A DNA stretch of 20,000 bases from Chiloscyllium plagiosum (lineage: Eukaryota). Both the position numbers and the translations under genes were made by a program. The stretch lies in assembly GCF_004010195.1 (NCBI RefSeq), contig NC_057711.1, forward strand, positions 80,993,394-81,013,393. Direction: 5' to 3'. Below are positions 9,183-19,861 of this stretch, one piece after another (within the stretch, counting starts at the first letter, position 1; every line of letters starts with the position of its first letter). The notes under the pieces were generated by a model. That model saw only the letters and a program-made list of their open reading frames with translations. It searched no databases and had not been told where the DNA came from.

Positions 9183-9386
9183 AAACAAAAACAGGAATGG
9201 CTGGGAATGCTCAACTGATCCAGCAGCATCTATGGATAGAAAATAGTGTTAATGTTTCGGGAGCATTGACCCATCTTCAGAGCCAGACCCAAAAAATTAA
9301 TTTTGCATTTCTACACGGATGCTGCCAGACCTCCTGAGTTATTTCAGCAATTGCTCTTTGTGTTTCTGATTTGCAGCATCTACAGC
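9183..9386. mobile_element. Non-autonomous Penelope-derived inverted-repeat remnant with a hammerhead-like core
   Basis: Left arm (GCTGGGAATGCTCA...CAGCAGCATCTATGGATAGAAA) is a diverged complement of the right arm (TTTCTACACGGATGCTGCCAG...TGAGTTATTTCAGC). Minus-strand CTGAAGA-TGGG...CCC-GAAA at 9255-9280. Tail CAGCATCTACAG (9374-9385) resembles CAGCATCTGCAG (3151-3162). Confidence 0.7.
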
Positions 9387-11083
9387 CTTTTATTTAGTCA
9401 GTGCACTAAATTATGGCGTTTAAATGTCCAATTTAACAACTCCTGTGAAAGTGGAAGTTTGTAAGCTAAATATCGGGGTAGTGTGGCAGATGGGGAGGGG
9501 TTGGGGTGTTAGTGGATAAGGGTTTAGGGTGCCAGATGGTTAGGGTGGCAGTTGGGTTTTACCCAGGAGTTGGGTGGAAGATGTGCTGGTTCGGAAAGTC
9601 ACGCCAGCAAATTTCTGGGAGGGTGTCTAGCCAAGCAGAGGACCAGTGCCAGGTCCAGTGGGGTCAGATTGGATCAGTGGTTAGCTTGGATCCATGATCT
9701 AAGTAACTCCTACAAATAGCAAAAAACCACTACAACTGAGTTTTTAACCATTATTTGGGGGGGTTTGCAGGTATGCTGTGGTGGCACATTTATATCAGAG
9801 CTAGTTCACATCATCACTATTTAGCTACATCCTACTGATTATTCGTTACCATTATTTTGTACCTAATCTGCACCACTTCAGTTTCCCTGTTGTTAACATT
9901 GCCACACTCTATCACCATATCCTTACAATACTCTCACCCAATGTCATCTGGGGCTTCCTGATCCTGAACGCGGCCTTGCACTGAAATTATATCTGGGAAC
10001 CGAGACTATTTTCAACCTGCATTGCAATGTTTAAATGTTTATTTTTGATGAAGTGAGTCTGTTTACAATTAATGCTCATTACTTTTTATTGGACTCAGAA
10101 TGGATTCAAATAAAAGTAAACGAAACAATCAAAAGAGTTGAAAGCCTGACTAGAGCATGGAAGAGATATTTTAAGCACTGTGATTAAAACACATGGATAT
10201 TGGTGCCACTCTGTATAGATCTGAGATGTAAAATGTACAACACACATCTCGTCTGTCTTCTCAGTGCACCTTGTTCACCTAAGGGTTGTCCATCTGTATC
10301 TGCTTCTCATCGCTTCTGGGCCCCTCAATATGAATTTCTCAGCTCTTTTCCATTCTCCCAATACCCACCTGCGCCTGCAGTGCACTCACAAAACCGTACT
10401 TAAAGCGACTCCATGCAACTAATTTTTCATGCATAGGCTCCTGCCTGAACCTATCATTCATCTACTTGAGTGCTTGACATGTTTAAGAAGTCAGAAAAAA
10501 TCTCAGTCCCTCAAATGCAACACCTCATCCCTAATATTACTTCCAAGTACAACTTCTGGCCTCCTAGGTGAATTTGTCCTCTTCAGCCTGCTGTAAATTC
10601 CAATACTGAGTTGACACCACATGGTTACAACCTTTCAGTCCCTTCTGTCTGAAGGTCAGTAATTCCAACCACCATTTTCTCTTTCATACATGCATGCTAC
10701 AAGGCATATCTATCCTTCTGTTCCTTCAACAGTGGGACATGCTGCCTCCCACATACTGGACAGCTTAAACCATAATGAAGTTTAAAGTGTATTATAGCTA
10801 AAAAAAACAAGAAGGAAGGATAAAAAACACAAATAGAAAAAAACAATTGAATAAATAAATAAAGAAGAAATAGAAAATCATTTGAGTAAAATCTAAGCCT
10901 GAATACTCGAAATCCTTCCTTGCTATTGTAAAAATTCTAAACTTTCTGCACAATAACAGTTCTGCGCTTCTGTGATGCTCTTGTAATAATTTTGGCCCTT
11001 ACACTTTCTGGCGTTAGATAATTCATGGGGCAGAGCAAGACTTCCTGTATAAGCTGCTTTAAGTTCCCACCCTAACTTCTTAC

Positions 11084-11540
11084 CCTTGCAGTTGACTCCT
11101 GTCAAAGTTACACCAGGATTACTGTGGGTGTTTGGAGCTGAAATGCATTCTACTGAATTGTCAAAGATCCTCATCAGATTAACACTGCACTCGCAGTGAA
11201 GAACAGCAACCATGCAGGAAATTGTTAATGCACAACTCATAATACCGGAAAATTTGCACATTCACCATTTCCCATGATGCACTTTTTGCAAATGTCACTG
11301 CCTGCTGATAGTGCAGGTGAACAGAATAAATCAAAATAGAAAAGTCAGAACACTTGTGGGTATCTTTCCCAGGTCCTTTACTTAGTCGTATTCTGAGAGT
11401 AAAAATCTGTTTGAAACTCTTCCCTTCTGCCATTTTGTGAAAATCTACCCAAAACATTAGGAAGAATTTGTCCATGTCGCGATCCAATCATGCTATTCAT
11501 CAAGAGAGTTATACTCAAATTGTTTGAGTGTCTAGCAGTT
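11084..11540 (-). other. Candidate exon containing a short ORF start with a hydrophobic, Cys-rich N-terminus
   Basis: Acceptor TGTTTTATTTTTTAG| at 11541 and donor AGG|GTAAGA at 11083. ATG at 11261 gives MCKFSGIMSCALTISCMVAVLHCECSV...TGVNCK. No homologue recognised, and several upstream ATGs are present. Confidence 0.25.
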
Positions 11541-12109
11541 CTAAAAAATAAAACAGCATAACAAGGAGCAACTTAGACAAATCACTAGTAGGTATTTCCC
11601 TCAATAAAGTTATGCTGATGGGGAAACTTGTCAGATCACAATGCTGTTTAAAAGGATAAAAGTTTCTTGGAATTCTGTCATGTGAGAACTAAGCATTTGT
11701 TCAAGTCATGCAATCACCCTCAACGTTTCTAAATGACTTTGCCTGAAAACATAATTTTTTGGCTGACATTTTTTAAATCAGGCCCACCAAAAAGCAACTT
11801 CACCAGAGGGGAAATCTGGGCTTCCAGTGATTAATCTGGTCACCTCCTAACAGGTCCACACACTGATACAAAGCCACAAGATTGCTGTCTTAACATTATG
11901 GATAACCCAGGGAAGACTGCGGACTGAGTTAAAGAAAAGCAACAATACCCAACTGAAGTATTTTTTTATGCTGTTGTATGAATTCTATTTAACGTGTAAA
12001 GTTGGCCCAAAGGATCAAAATATCTTAGAAGAAAGGATACATTCAAAATCATGCTCATTTACTTCTACGGGCAACATTCATACACAAAAAGCTAGATTTA
12101 TTTCTTGTT

Positions 12110-12487
12110 GATTTATTTATGTGGGTATTGCTGGCTAAGCCAGCATTTTATAAGCCATTCTGAATTGCCCTTGAAATAGGTGGCTTGCTGGTTCATTTCA
12201 ATGGCTAGTTAAAAGTCAACCACATTGTTGTAGGTCTGGAGTCACGGATAGACCAGACCAGTTGAGGATGGCAGATTTCCATCCCAAAAGGACATTAGTG
12301 AACCAGATTGGTTTTTAACAACGATCATCAGTGCTCACAAGGTCACTTCTAGGCTAGCATTTAATATGAGAGTTTTTTTAAAATTGAATTCAAATTGCAC
12401 AATCTTCCATGGTATGATTCAAACTCAGAACATTAGCCTGGAATTCTGGATTACTAGCCTAGTGACATTACCACTATGTCACCATCT
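12110..12487 (-). mobile_element. tRNA-derived SINE sharing its 3' tail with the CR1-group LINE
   Basis: Minus-strand head GGTGACATAGTGGTAATGTCAC...GAGTTTGAATC (A/B-box-like). 3' end CAAGGGCAATTCAGAATGGCTTATAAAATGCTGGC...CCAGCAATACCCACAT resembles LINE tail 3842-3894. Confidence 0.8.
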
Positions 12488-12691
12488 TCTCTTAATCATT
12501 CAAGGTATGATATTCACACCTGTGTTTGCTAAGAGTGAATGTTTGCTTTTCCTTTGTTTTGGTTTCATAAAAGTTTGGGTGTTCATGATACTAAAGCCTG
12601 ATTCCAATTACCAAAAGCTGGCACATGAATATCTCTAGATTGCCAGGGAATTATAGAAGCCACTTTCCCTCTCCAATGGTACTAGATTACC

Positions 12692-13118
12692 AAAGAAAGA
12701 AAGAGAGACTTGTGCCTTTTATGTCTTCAAAATACCTCAATGATTTATAGTTAAATAGTTCTGAGGTGGAGTCACTATTGTAATAAAAGAAACAAAATTA
12801 TGCACAGCAAGTTCCCACACCCTCAAAGTAATAATGCCAAGATAATCTGTTTTAGTGATAATATTTGCAAAATATCTATTGAACAGGAAAATTCCTACAT
12901 CTGCTCAAAAAGTTCATTGGGGTATTTTACATTAATCTGAAAGAGCATCCAGGCCTCAGTATAATGTCCCATTTCAAAAGTACATCCAACTTTCCAGTGC
13001 ACTCTCAGTATTGCCCTGAAAAGTCAGACTAGTCTATGTTCCCAACTTCTTGGAGTGGGGCATGATGCAATTTTTTTTTAATCAGAGGTAAGAGTGTCAT
13101 CACTTAGTTACAGCTGAC
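12692..13118 (-). mobile_element. DeuSINE-like (SacSINE1/AmnSINE-related) SINE, old and near full length
   Basis: Recognised blocks GCACAGCAAGTTCCCAC, GATAATCTGTTTTAGTGAT, CACTCTCAGTATTGCCCTG and GGAGTGGG; decayed tRNA-like head at ~13050-13118; simple-repeat tail at ~12692. Family name assigned from memory of the consensus. Confidence 0.7.
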
Positions 13119-15483
13119 TTTAAGTAACATGGCAGAATAATAATACTCATACCATCAGGGACTGGTCACAAAGTTAACAGCAATCAATTAAATACACTTC
13201 TTCACTTCAACTTTCAGTTGAGGCCAGCTTGAAGATTCCTCCAAAACTAAATGAAAACTGATGGGAGAAAAACTGAAATATCCAGTTAACCTGGATGTAC
13301 CATATTCAGTTTGATATGCATCAACAATTTTGTCATGTTTTCTCCTTCAATGCTTTCTATTAATATTTTATTTTTGAGATACCATGATGGAATTTCTTGT
13401 GAGCTATTGTTTAATGATATAAATAAGCCCTTTGATCAATTGAGTGCCATCAACCATCATAGAATTCAGTTCTGAACTGTAGTTGTTTTTCTTCTCCTAT
13501 GTTGAGAGTTGCTGCAAATTAGACCAATGATTTCAGTAGTGCCATAGCTGAGCCTCCCTCGACCAACGATTCAATCTTGTATCTTCTGAATGTGAGAGAC
13601 TTTTTACCACAATATACAGGTTTGTGCTCATTGAGCAATGTCTGTATTTAATGTAATGATACTTTTTTGGAATTGCAAAATTGGACACATTTTTAAGAGT
13701 ACTGAAACTTATTTTAAAGTACTTCACAAAATATGTAGTAAAATAGGCAAATTAGAATATTTTCATGGATTTAACTGTGGAGAAAGAGCAAAAGCACTTT
13801 CAGTCTATACATTAGTTATTCAACTTATTTCTAACTTGATTCCCTTTGTGCTAAAATATTTACCCTGATTTTAACCAAATGGCAGCAATACTGCAAGAGA
13901 ATTTAAAGTGACAGCAGGTTGCTATCCATTAAGTTCCCCAATTGTTTCCGCTGTCCAGCCATTTCAACTCCAAGTTATTTTGGAACTTCGAGTGTACCAG
14001 CGTCAGGAAGGCAGTGGGACAAATCACTAATAAAATGATGACATATTTGGACCTAATGTCAAATTAATTCTGAGATGGATAAATCATGCACAATACTCTG
14101 AAGCAGGATTGGGTAGAAGAGACACAATTTGATCTGATTACTATTAATAACATCTTAAAAGGAAATATTAGAGTTTAATAGTGTCACCACATTAAAATAA
14201 AAATGATCATTCTCACAAATGTGAGGCAAACACGCTTTTGAAAAGTTATCTGCAAGGCTTCATACCTAATTAGTTGACCACTTCCTTTGCATTTCTTGTG
14301 TGTGTATATAGATCTATGTTTATTGTAACAGCTAGACCAAATTTATTGTGAATCTGTCTGTGGTAAAATTTAGCTACAGACTTTGTTCAATATCAAATTA
14401 TTACAAATGTTTAATATTTGCCAAAGCTTTTCGAACATGCTGCTCCTTATGTTATTTACTTCTGTGTTGGTTTCCTGTTTCTGTGCCTGTACATTTGATT
14501 ATACATAGCATAAAAATATAATTCCACATGGAATTAAACTTTAATATATCTAACAGATATTGCTAGCCTCCAAAAGTAATCAGACTTTATATAAACCATA
14601 AACAGGGGCTACAGTAACATGAGTAAATCAAACCAAATGTGTGGAGATGCATATCCAAATTAGGTTTACCAAGCCTGGACCTCATTAGTCTAACTTTTCA
14701 ATTAATAGAGAGGGCCTGTTCTGTTGAAAAAGTGATGTGGCTCACATGTTAAGGTTTATATTAATAATACTTAAATCTTAGAAATGTTTACCACATACTG
14801 AATATAAATATGACATTACATAGCAGATCATGAGATTAGGTTAAAATGCTGCCTATGATCTGCAATTGTCCAAAAGTGAATTTTTGCTTTTCCCATTATA
14901 ACCATCTAACTTTCCTTATTACTCCCCATTATTTTAATGTACTGGCTTCTGCTTCTCTTTAAATGCAACAGCTATCATTTTGAAAATCATTGACAAGAAT
15001 GTTCTCAATATATATTTCAACTAATTCTTTCCTGAGAGTCACAAAGCTAATATAAGTACTGAAAAATGTGATAATAAGCTAAATAATTATAAATGTATTG
15101 TGCAATATATTATCAACCTTGTATAGAAAAATTGGCAACAGTTCTGTAGTGTAATCTGAAGCAGTAGATAGGCTGTATTACAGGGTAGAATTATCCAATT
15201 TGTCAGTGAAAATGTCTTGTCCAAGTGAAATTCATGGTGCCTAGTCCGTCATGGCTCAGACCACCTTTTTCACATAATCTTCCACTCTTCACTTCATTAA
15301 TTATGTAACTGAGGCCTCAGGCATCTTTCTCAGAGAATTGTGTGGCTTGGACATGCTGAAGAGCTTGCTGCTGCCAAGACCTTCAAACATTCTTTCCTCT
15401 TACACGATGTTTAAATCCCAATTATGCACCACTTCATGTGCAGCAAGGCCCTCACACATTGGTGCTCGAGGCTCAACATGCTC

Positions 15484-16083
15484 AGAATCATGAATTGTTA
15501 TAGAACCTCAGGTGGCCACTTGGCCTACCATGATTGTACCAGCTTGTCAACAAACATAATTATTTCATGCCCTTCCCCAGTCTTTTCCCCAAAACCTTGT
15601 ATGTTACTTTGATGTAACTAATCATCTAATGCCCTCTTAAATGTCTTAATTGACTTTGTCTCCACCAAACTTCCTGGAAGTGCATTCAAGTACCAAACAA
15701 CTAATTATGTGACAAGTACTTTTTCTTCCATCACATTTACAAAGTTTGCAAATCACTTTAAAACTATGCCCTCTCATTTTCAACACTCATATGAACAGAA
15801 ACAATTTCTCTCCATCTTTTCTTCCAGATCCTTTACAAGTTTGAAAATCTCTGTCACATCTCCTCTTAGCCCTCACCTCTCCAGGACAACAGTTCTGAGC
15901 TCTCCAAACTATGATTTTTCTCATCCTTGAAACCATTTTTGTAAATGTCTTCTGTGATCATTCCAATGTCATCACATCCATCTTATAATGCGATGCCCAG
16001 AACTGTACACAATATGCCAGCTGAGGTCTAACAAGTATAAGTTGTATAAGTTCAATATAATTTCCTTGTTCTTGCAATCTATA
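15484..16083 (-). mobile_element. CR1 LINE 3' fragment (end of ORF2 + 3'UTR), HER1-like
   Basis: Minus strand LVRPQLAYCVQFWASHYKMDV.TLE.SQKTFTKM matches the CR1 LVRPHLEYCVQFW motif. The 3' end has a degenerate ATTC.TG-type tail near 15485-15500. Confidence 0.82.
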
Positions 16084-16606
16084 CAGCGATGGCCCACATA
16101 TCAAGACAGCCATTCTGGACTGGAATAAGATCAGCCCCTGACTGAATGGCTCTGACTGGCTGTTGTCCCTCTTTAACAGTTAAGGACTATTCTCTTTGAT
16201 ATTCCTACATTGCTATTTACTTGAAGTACTTGCATAGTAGTTGCTACATAAACTCTGGCACAGGCTACAAATGTGACATTGATGTAGATAGTGCCACATT
16301 CTGACATGATCACCCTCTATCTGACAGACAGATTGACTGTTCAATGCTTCCCATCGTGACACGCTGCCTCTGCACTAAAAGCAATGTAAGTCATAGACCT
16401 AAATAGGCTGTAAATGAGCACTGAAGACCCAGTGTGCTAAGAAAGTAATGTGTCCCATACAGAGACTGACAGGTCCTAAGACATTGCTAAAGTAAATAAT
16501 TCTGCATGAAAGAAAGAAATGTAAAGCATAAAGAGCCTGGTGGCCTCCAAAATTAATGGTTAAGTAAGTGAGCAGTACTAAACCAAATTAGAACAAATCA
16601 AATGTG

Positions 16607-16727
16607 CAAGGGTAAGAGGAAAAAGCAGGAAAATAGCACTGGGTAATGATGCTCGCTTAACGAGCCGGTGCAGGTATGATGGACCGAATGACTTCTGTTT
16701 GTGCTGTACCAATCCTGTGATTCTATG
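16607..16727 (+). mobile_element. CR1 3'UTR remnant
   Basis: GAGCCGGTGCAGGTATGATGGACCGAATGACTTCTG...GTGCTGTA...CTGTGATTCTATG, the typical CR1 terminal hairpin region with an ATTCTRTG repeat. Confidence 0.7.
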
Positions 16728-16844
16728 AAGAGCCAGAAGATAAAGTTGGTCTAACTACAGGGCATGGTGATATAGTGAGGCTGGTGGTTTGCCAATGTTG
16801 ACTTGCATGAGTGGTAGGTTGAGAAAGAAAGTGCCTATTTAGCA

Positions 16845-16900
16845 TGCAGGATGACAAGATCAAGCATTTGTAGTTGCAGGATGACAAGGTCAAGCATTTG
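16845..16900. repeat. Tandem duplication, two 26-bp copies with 30-bp period
   Basis: TGCAGGATGACAAGATCAAGCATTTG (16845-16870) and TGCAGGATGACAAGGTCAAGCATTTG (16875-16900), 25/26 identical. Confidence 0.95.
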
Positions 16901-17689
16901 GCAAGCTATAGCCATCAGGTACCTGATCTGATTTAGATATCAGGAATTTGCACATTTAGTTTGTCAGTGAAGGGAAGGTGCATAAAAATAAGCTGAGTTG
17001 AAGTTTTAATTCATGGAAATGAGGTAGTCAACTTTCACCGGCTTGAGAAGAAATTTGGAGAACTTTTTCTCATCACCAAGACTCTTACTTCTTTCAGTTT
17101 CACCGTAATTCTCATCATTTTACTCACACAACACCAGGAAGGGGAAACTCTGGAAACTCAGAGATTCTTACCATTCCAATCAAAATACACTGGGGTATGA
17201 TCCAAACTCTTTACTGAACAGGAAAACAAACTGTGTAAATAAATTAAATGGTTCAAAAGTCAAGCTTAGTTTCATTTCTTGATTTAAAAATAAGGAAGTG
17301 GAGGGAGAGCAGGGGGGTGGTTGTTTGAATTTGGGAATGTAACAATGAATAATGAGAAGTATTGGAGAGAGGTGGTCAGTTGCATCAGACTGAATCCAAG
17401 CTCTTTCTAGGAAAATAAACAGCTTTGTGAAAACCTAGCCAGTGTGGCACTTTGTAGTGTGCCTTAGGAGAATTCTCAATACAACAATATTCTTTCTATA
17501 TTTCCAAGCAATCATTCCAAATGATTACTTATTTGTAGGAAAATGGATAATTGAGGATTTATTACAGATGAATCTTTTGTTTTTGTTCCCATTCCCTTTT
17601 CCTTCCTACAAGTGCTGATTCCTTTCTTGGATCTGAATTGGGCACCTCTGATATCCTGCCAAAGTGACCTATCACAACATTTTGATTTT

Positions 17690-17947
17690 TCTCAACATAT
17701 GTAAAAGTGCCATTATTTCTTTAATAAAAATAAGTTGCTTCTTTCTAAAGTCTTGGTCAATATTAGTTCTACAACCAGTATCACGAAAATAGATGGTCTG
17801 TTGTATATAATAGTTCTGTTTGTGGGATCTTGCTTTACACAAAGCAACTGTTGTAGACCTTACATTACAACATTGACTACCTTTTGAAAGTACTTCATTC
17901 AAAATCATTTGGGGACATCCACTGGTCATATACATGTTAATTGTTTC
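17690..17947 (+). mobile_element. DeuSINE-like SINE, 3' half
   Basis: TGTTTGTGGGATCTTGCT, TACATTACAACATTGACTAC and AAGTACTTCATT are reverse-complement counterparts of blocks in 12692-13118. Confidence 0.65.
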
Positions 17948-18267
17948 TTAGATTCACTCCATTGTGGAAGTCGAATATTCAGCCTATCCAGTCCTGCCCC
18001 TCTGAAGAGCATCCCATCCAGATCCCCCCCAACCCTGTATTTCTCATGGCCAATCCACCAAGCTTGCACATCCCTGAACACTAGGGGCAATTTAGCATGG
18101 CCAATCCACCTGACTTGCACATCTTTGGATTGTGGGAGGAAACCGGAGCACCCAAAAGAAACCCACACAGACACGGGGACAATGTGCAAACTCCACACAG
18201 TCATCAAGGCTGGAATTGAATCTGGTGCCTGGGGCTGTGAGGCAGCAATGCTAACCATTGAGCCACC
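17948..18267 (-). mobile_element. HE1-like V-SINE
   Basis: Head GGTGGCTCAATGGTTAGCATTGCTGCCTCACAGC...GATTCAATTCC (A/B boxes). V-domain TGTGTGGAGTTTGCACATTGTCCCCGTGTCTGTGTGGGTTTC...GGTGCTCCGGTTTCCTCCCACAATCCAAAGATGTGCA. Internal ~28-bp duplication. CR1/HER1-like tail. Confidence 0.9.
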
Positions 18268-19451
18268 TTCTTTAGACATCATCACTGTTTTTTTCAGAAA
18301 GATTCTGAGTGTTGGCTTCCATGAAGACACTCTTTTTGTTTAGGGGCTGACTCCATAAAGAGTTCTCTAATAACAGGCAGGAGTAAATCTTTTACGAATA
18401 ATTGTGCAGTGGTTTTTCTATGTGACAAATGTGCATTTAGCACAAAGTAATGGAAAAGAAAAGCAGGTGAGATTGCAATTAATACTTTACTCATGTGGCT
18501 GGTGACAATTCAGATGTCAAATATGACAAATCTTACTTTTAAAATCTTCAAAGATTCTTGATTAACAAATCTTAATTTTCAATGGGGTTAATTGAGATAC
18601 AACTTTTATTTGGTTCTCCCTCATTTTTGATCCATGGGAGAAATGAAAGGAATTTTTCCATCAATTTTGTGGTTTTTGGCATACTCATGTTATTTGTGTG
18701 AAAGAGAGCTGTTTGGGTGTGTTTAATCATTTGCCAGGGCAGCAGCTGGTGCAGTAGCGATCTGCAACAAATTACAGGGCAGTTAAACCTAGATTTTCCA
18801 CAGTCAAGAACAAAGCAGAACCAGTTAGCAACAGAACAGCTTGTTCTGGTTGCTAATGTGCTTAAAAAGTTGCTGTATATAATCTAAAACAGCTTTGGAG
18901 CGAGGATATTGAGCCTGGCTTCTGAGGTCTTTAGACTAAATTGTAACCACATGTGAGGATTAAACAAGAGAATGACAAATTGCACATCAGTGTGCTCATG
19001 CTCTGGCTGCACAAGTGGGAGGTTTTTGAATTTCTCCCATTATTAAATATAAATAAATATTAATTGGCCACGACAGTGGTTTGTAAAACTGCCATTAATC
19101 AGTATAATGAAAACAATGGTTATTATAATAGAACTGTACCTTTACATACCAATGTTCATGAATAGGTCACCCAATCCATTCTTGAAGATCTATATGGAAA
19201 GGTTTTTAAAGTGGTAATGGGGACACAGGATTACAGTGGGAAATACAGAGGGCTATAATTGAGAACAGGCAACTTAAAGGACAAGACCGCAGTTGTAGTG
19301 CCTTAGACATATGACTGCTGTCCTCAATTACAGACCACTGATATCCTCAAAATGCACTATTTTAATCCAATTTGAAAATGGATAATGATTTCCTGCCCTT
19401 ATTCTTTTATGTTCCCTTCATGGCTGTGGGCACTGGAGGAATCTGAGTCTA

Positions 19452-19860
19452 TTTTTTTTTTGATCAGGTCCCGGACCAGGTGGACGTTGTCGTGTATCTT
19501 TTTTTTTGTGTGTGTAAGATGTTCTGTTTTTTTTTAGTGCTTATTTTATCCCCAGCACCCATGGTGTGTGTGTGTGTGCAGGTGGGAGACACAGTGAAAG
19601 ACACAAAGTGCACGAATCTTTATTCGATTTCCACCACCAGGAAGACAGGAAAACACCCGGGTGGCCGGTGACAAACACTGCCCTTCACAGCAAGGGACAG
19701 TGCTGTGTGATCAAAACAGTGAAGGGGAGGGTAGGTACTAAATCAAAATAGAGTTGGAGGGAGAAATGATGCACTCCACTCCCTGCGGCACCCACCTCTC
19801 CCTGAACAACTCCAGGGTATTGGTCGACACCGCGTGCTCCTTCTCCAAGGACACCCGGGC
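19452..19860 (-). mobile_element. Tx1-clade LINE 3' end (ORF2 C-terminus, 3'UTR, A-tails) with an appended RT-derived fragment
   Basis: 19860-19738 translates ARVSLEKEHAVSTNTLELFRERWVPQGVECIISPSNSILI*. AATAAA at 19618-19623, (CA)n and A-tracts follow. 19497-19462 encodes IHDNVHLVRDLI. Confidence 0.72.
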
Positions 19861-19861
19861 T

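Noticed and set aside
9470..9770. G-rich patch with a 63-aa ORF and GGG runs
   Set aside because: No recognisable family or coding motif; probably a decayed repeat.
10795..10880. A-rich tract
   Set aside because: Low complexity with no associated element body or TSD identified.
11084..11110. TLTGVNCKG resembles the end of TMEFF2 exon 1 or EGF-like TGxNC
   Set aside because: Similarity is limited to a few residues and the upstream sequence does not match, so no gene symbol was assigned.
16845..16900. Direct repeats as a possible CRISPR array
   Set aside because: Only two units with a 4-bp spacer, in vertebrate DNA with no cas genes.
18195..18267. tRNA-like A/B boxes (also at 4083-4148 and ~12410-12487)
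   Set aside because: These are SINE heads without a complete cloverleaf, not tRNA genes.
17909..18343. 144-aa and 134-aa ORFs on opposite strands
   Set aside because: They coincide with the HE1-like SINE and are spurious frames.
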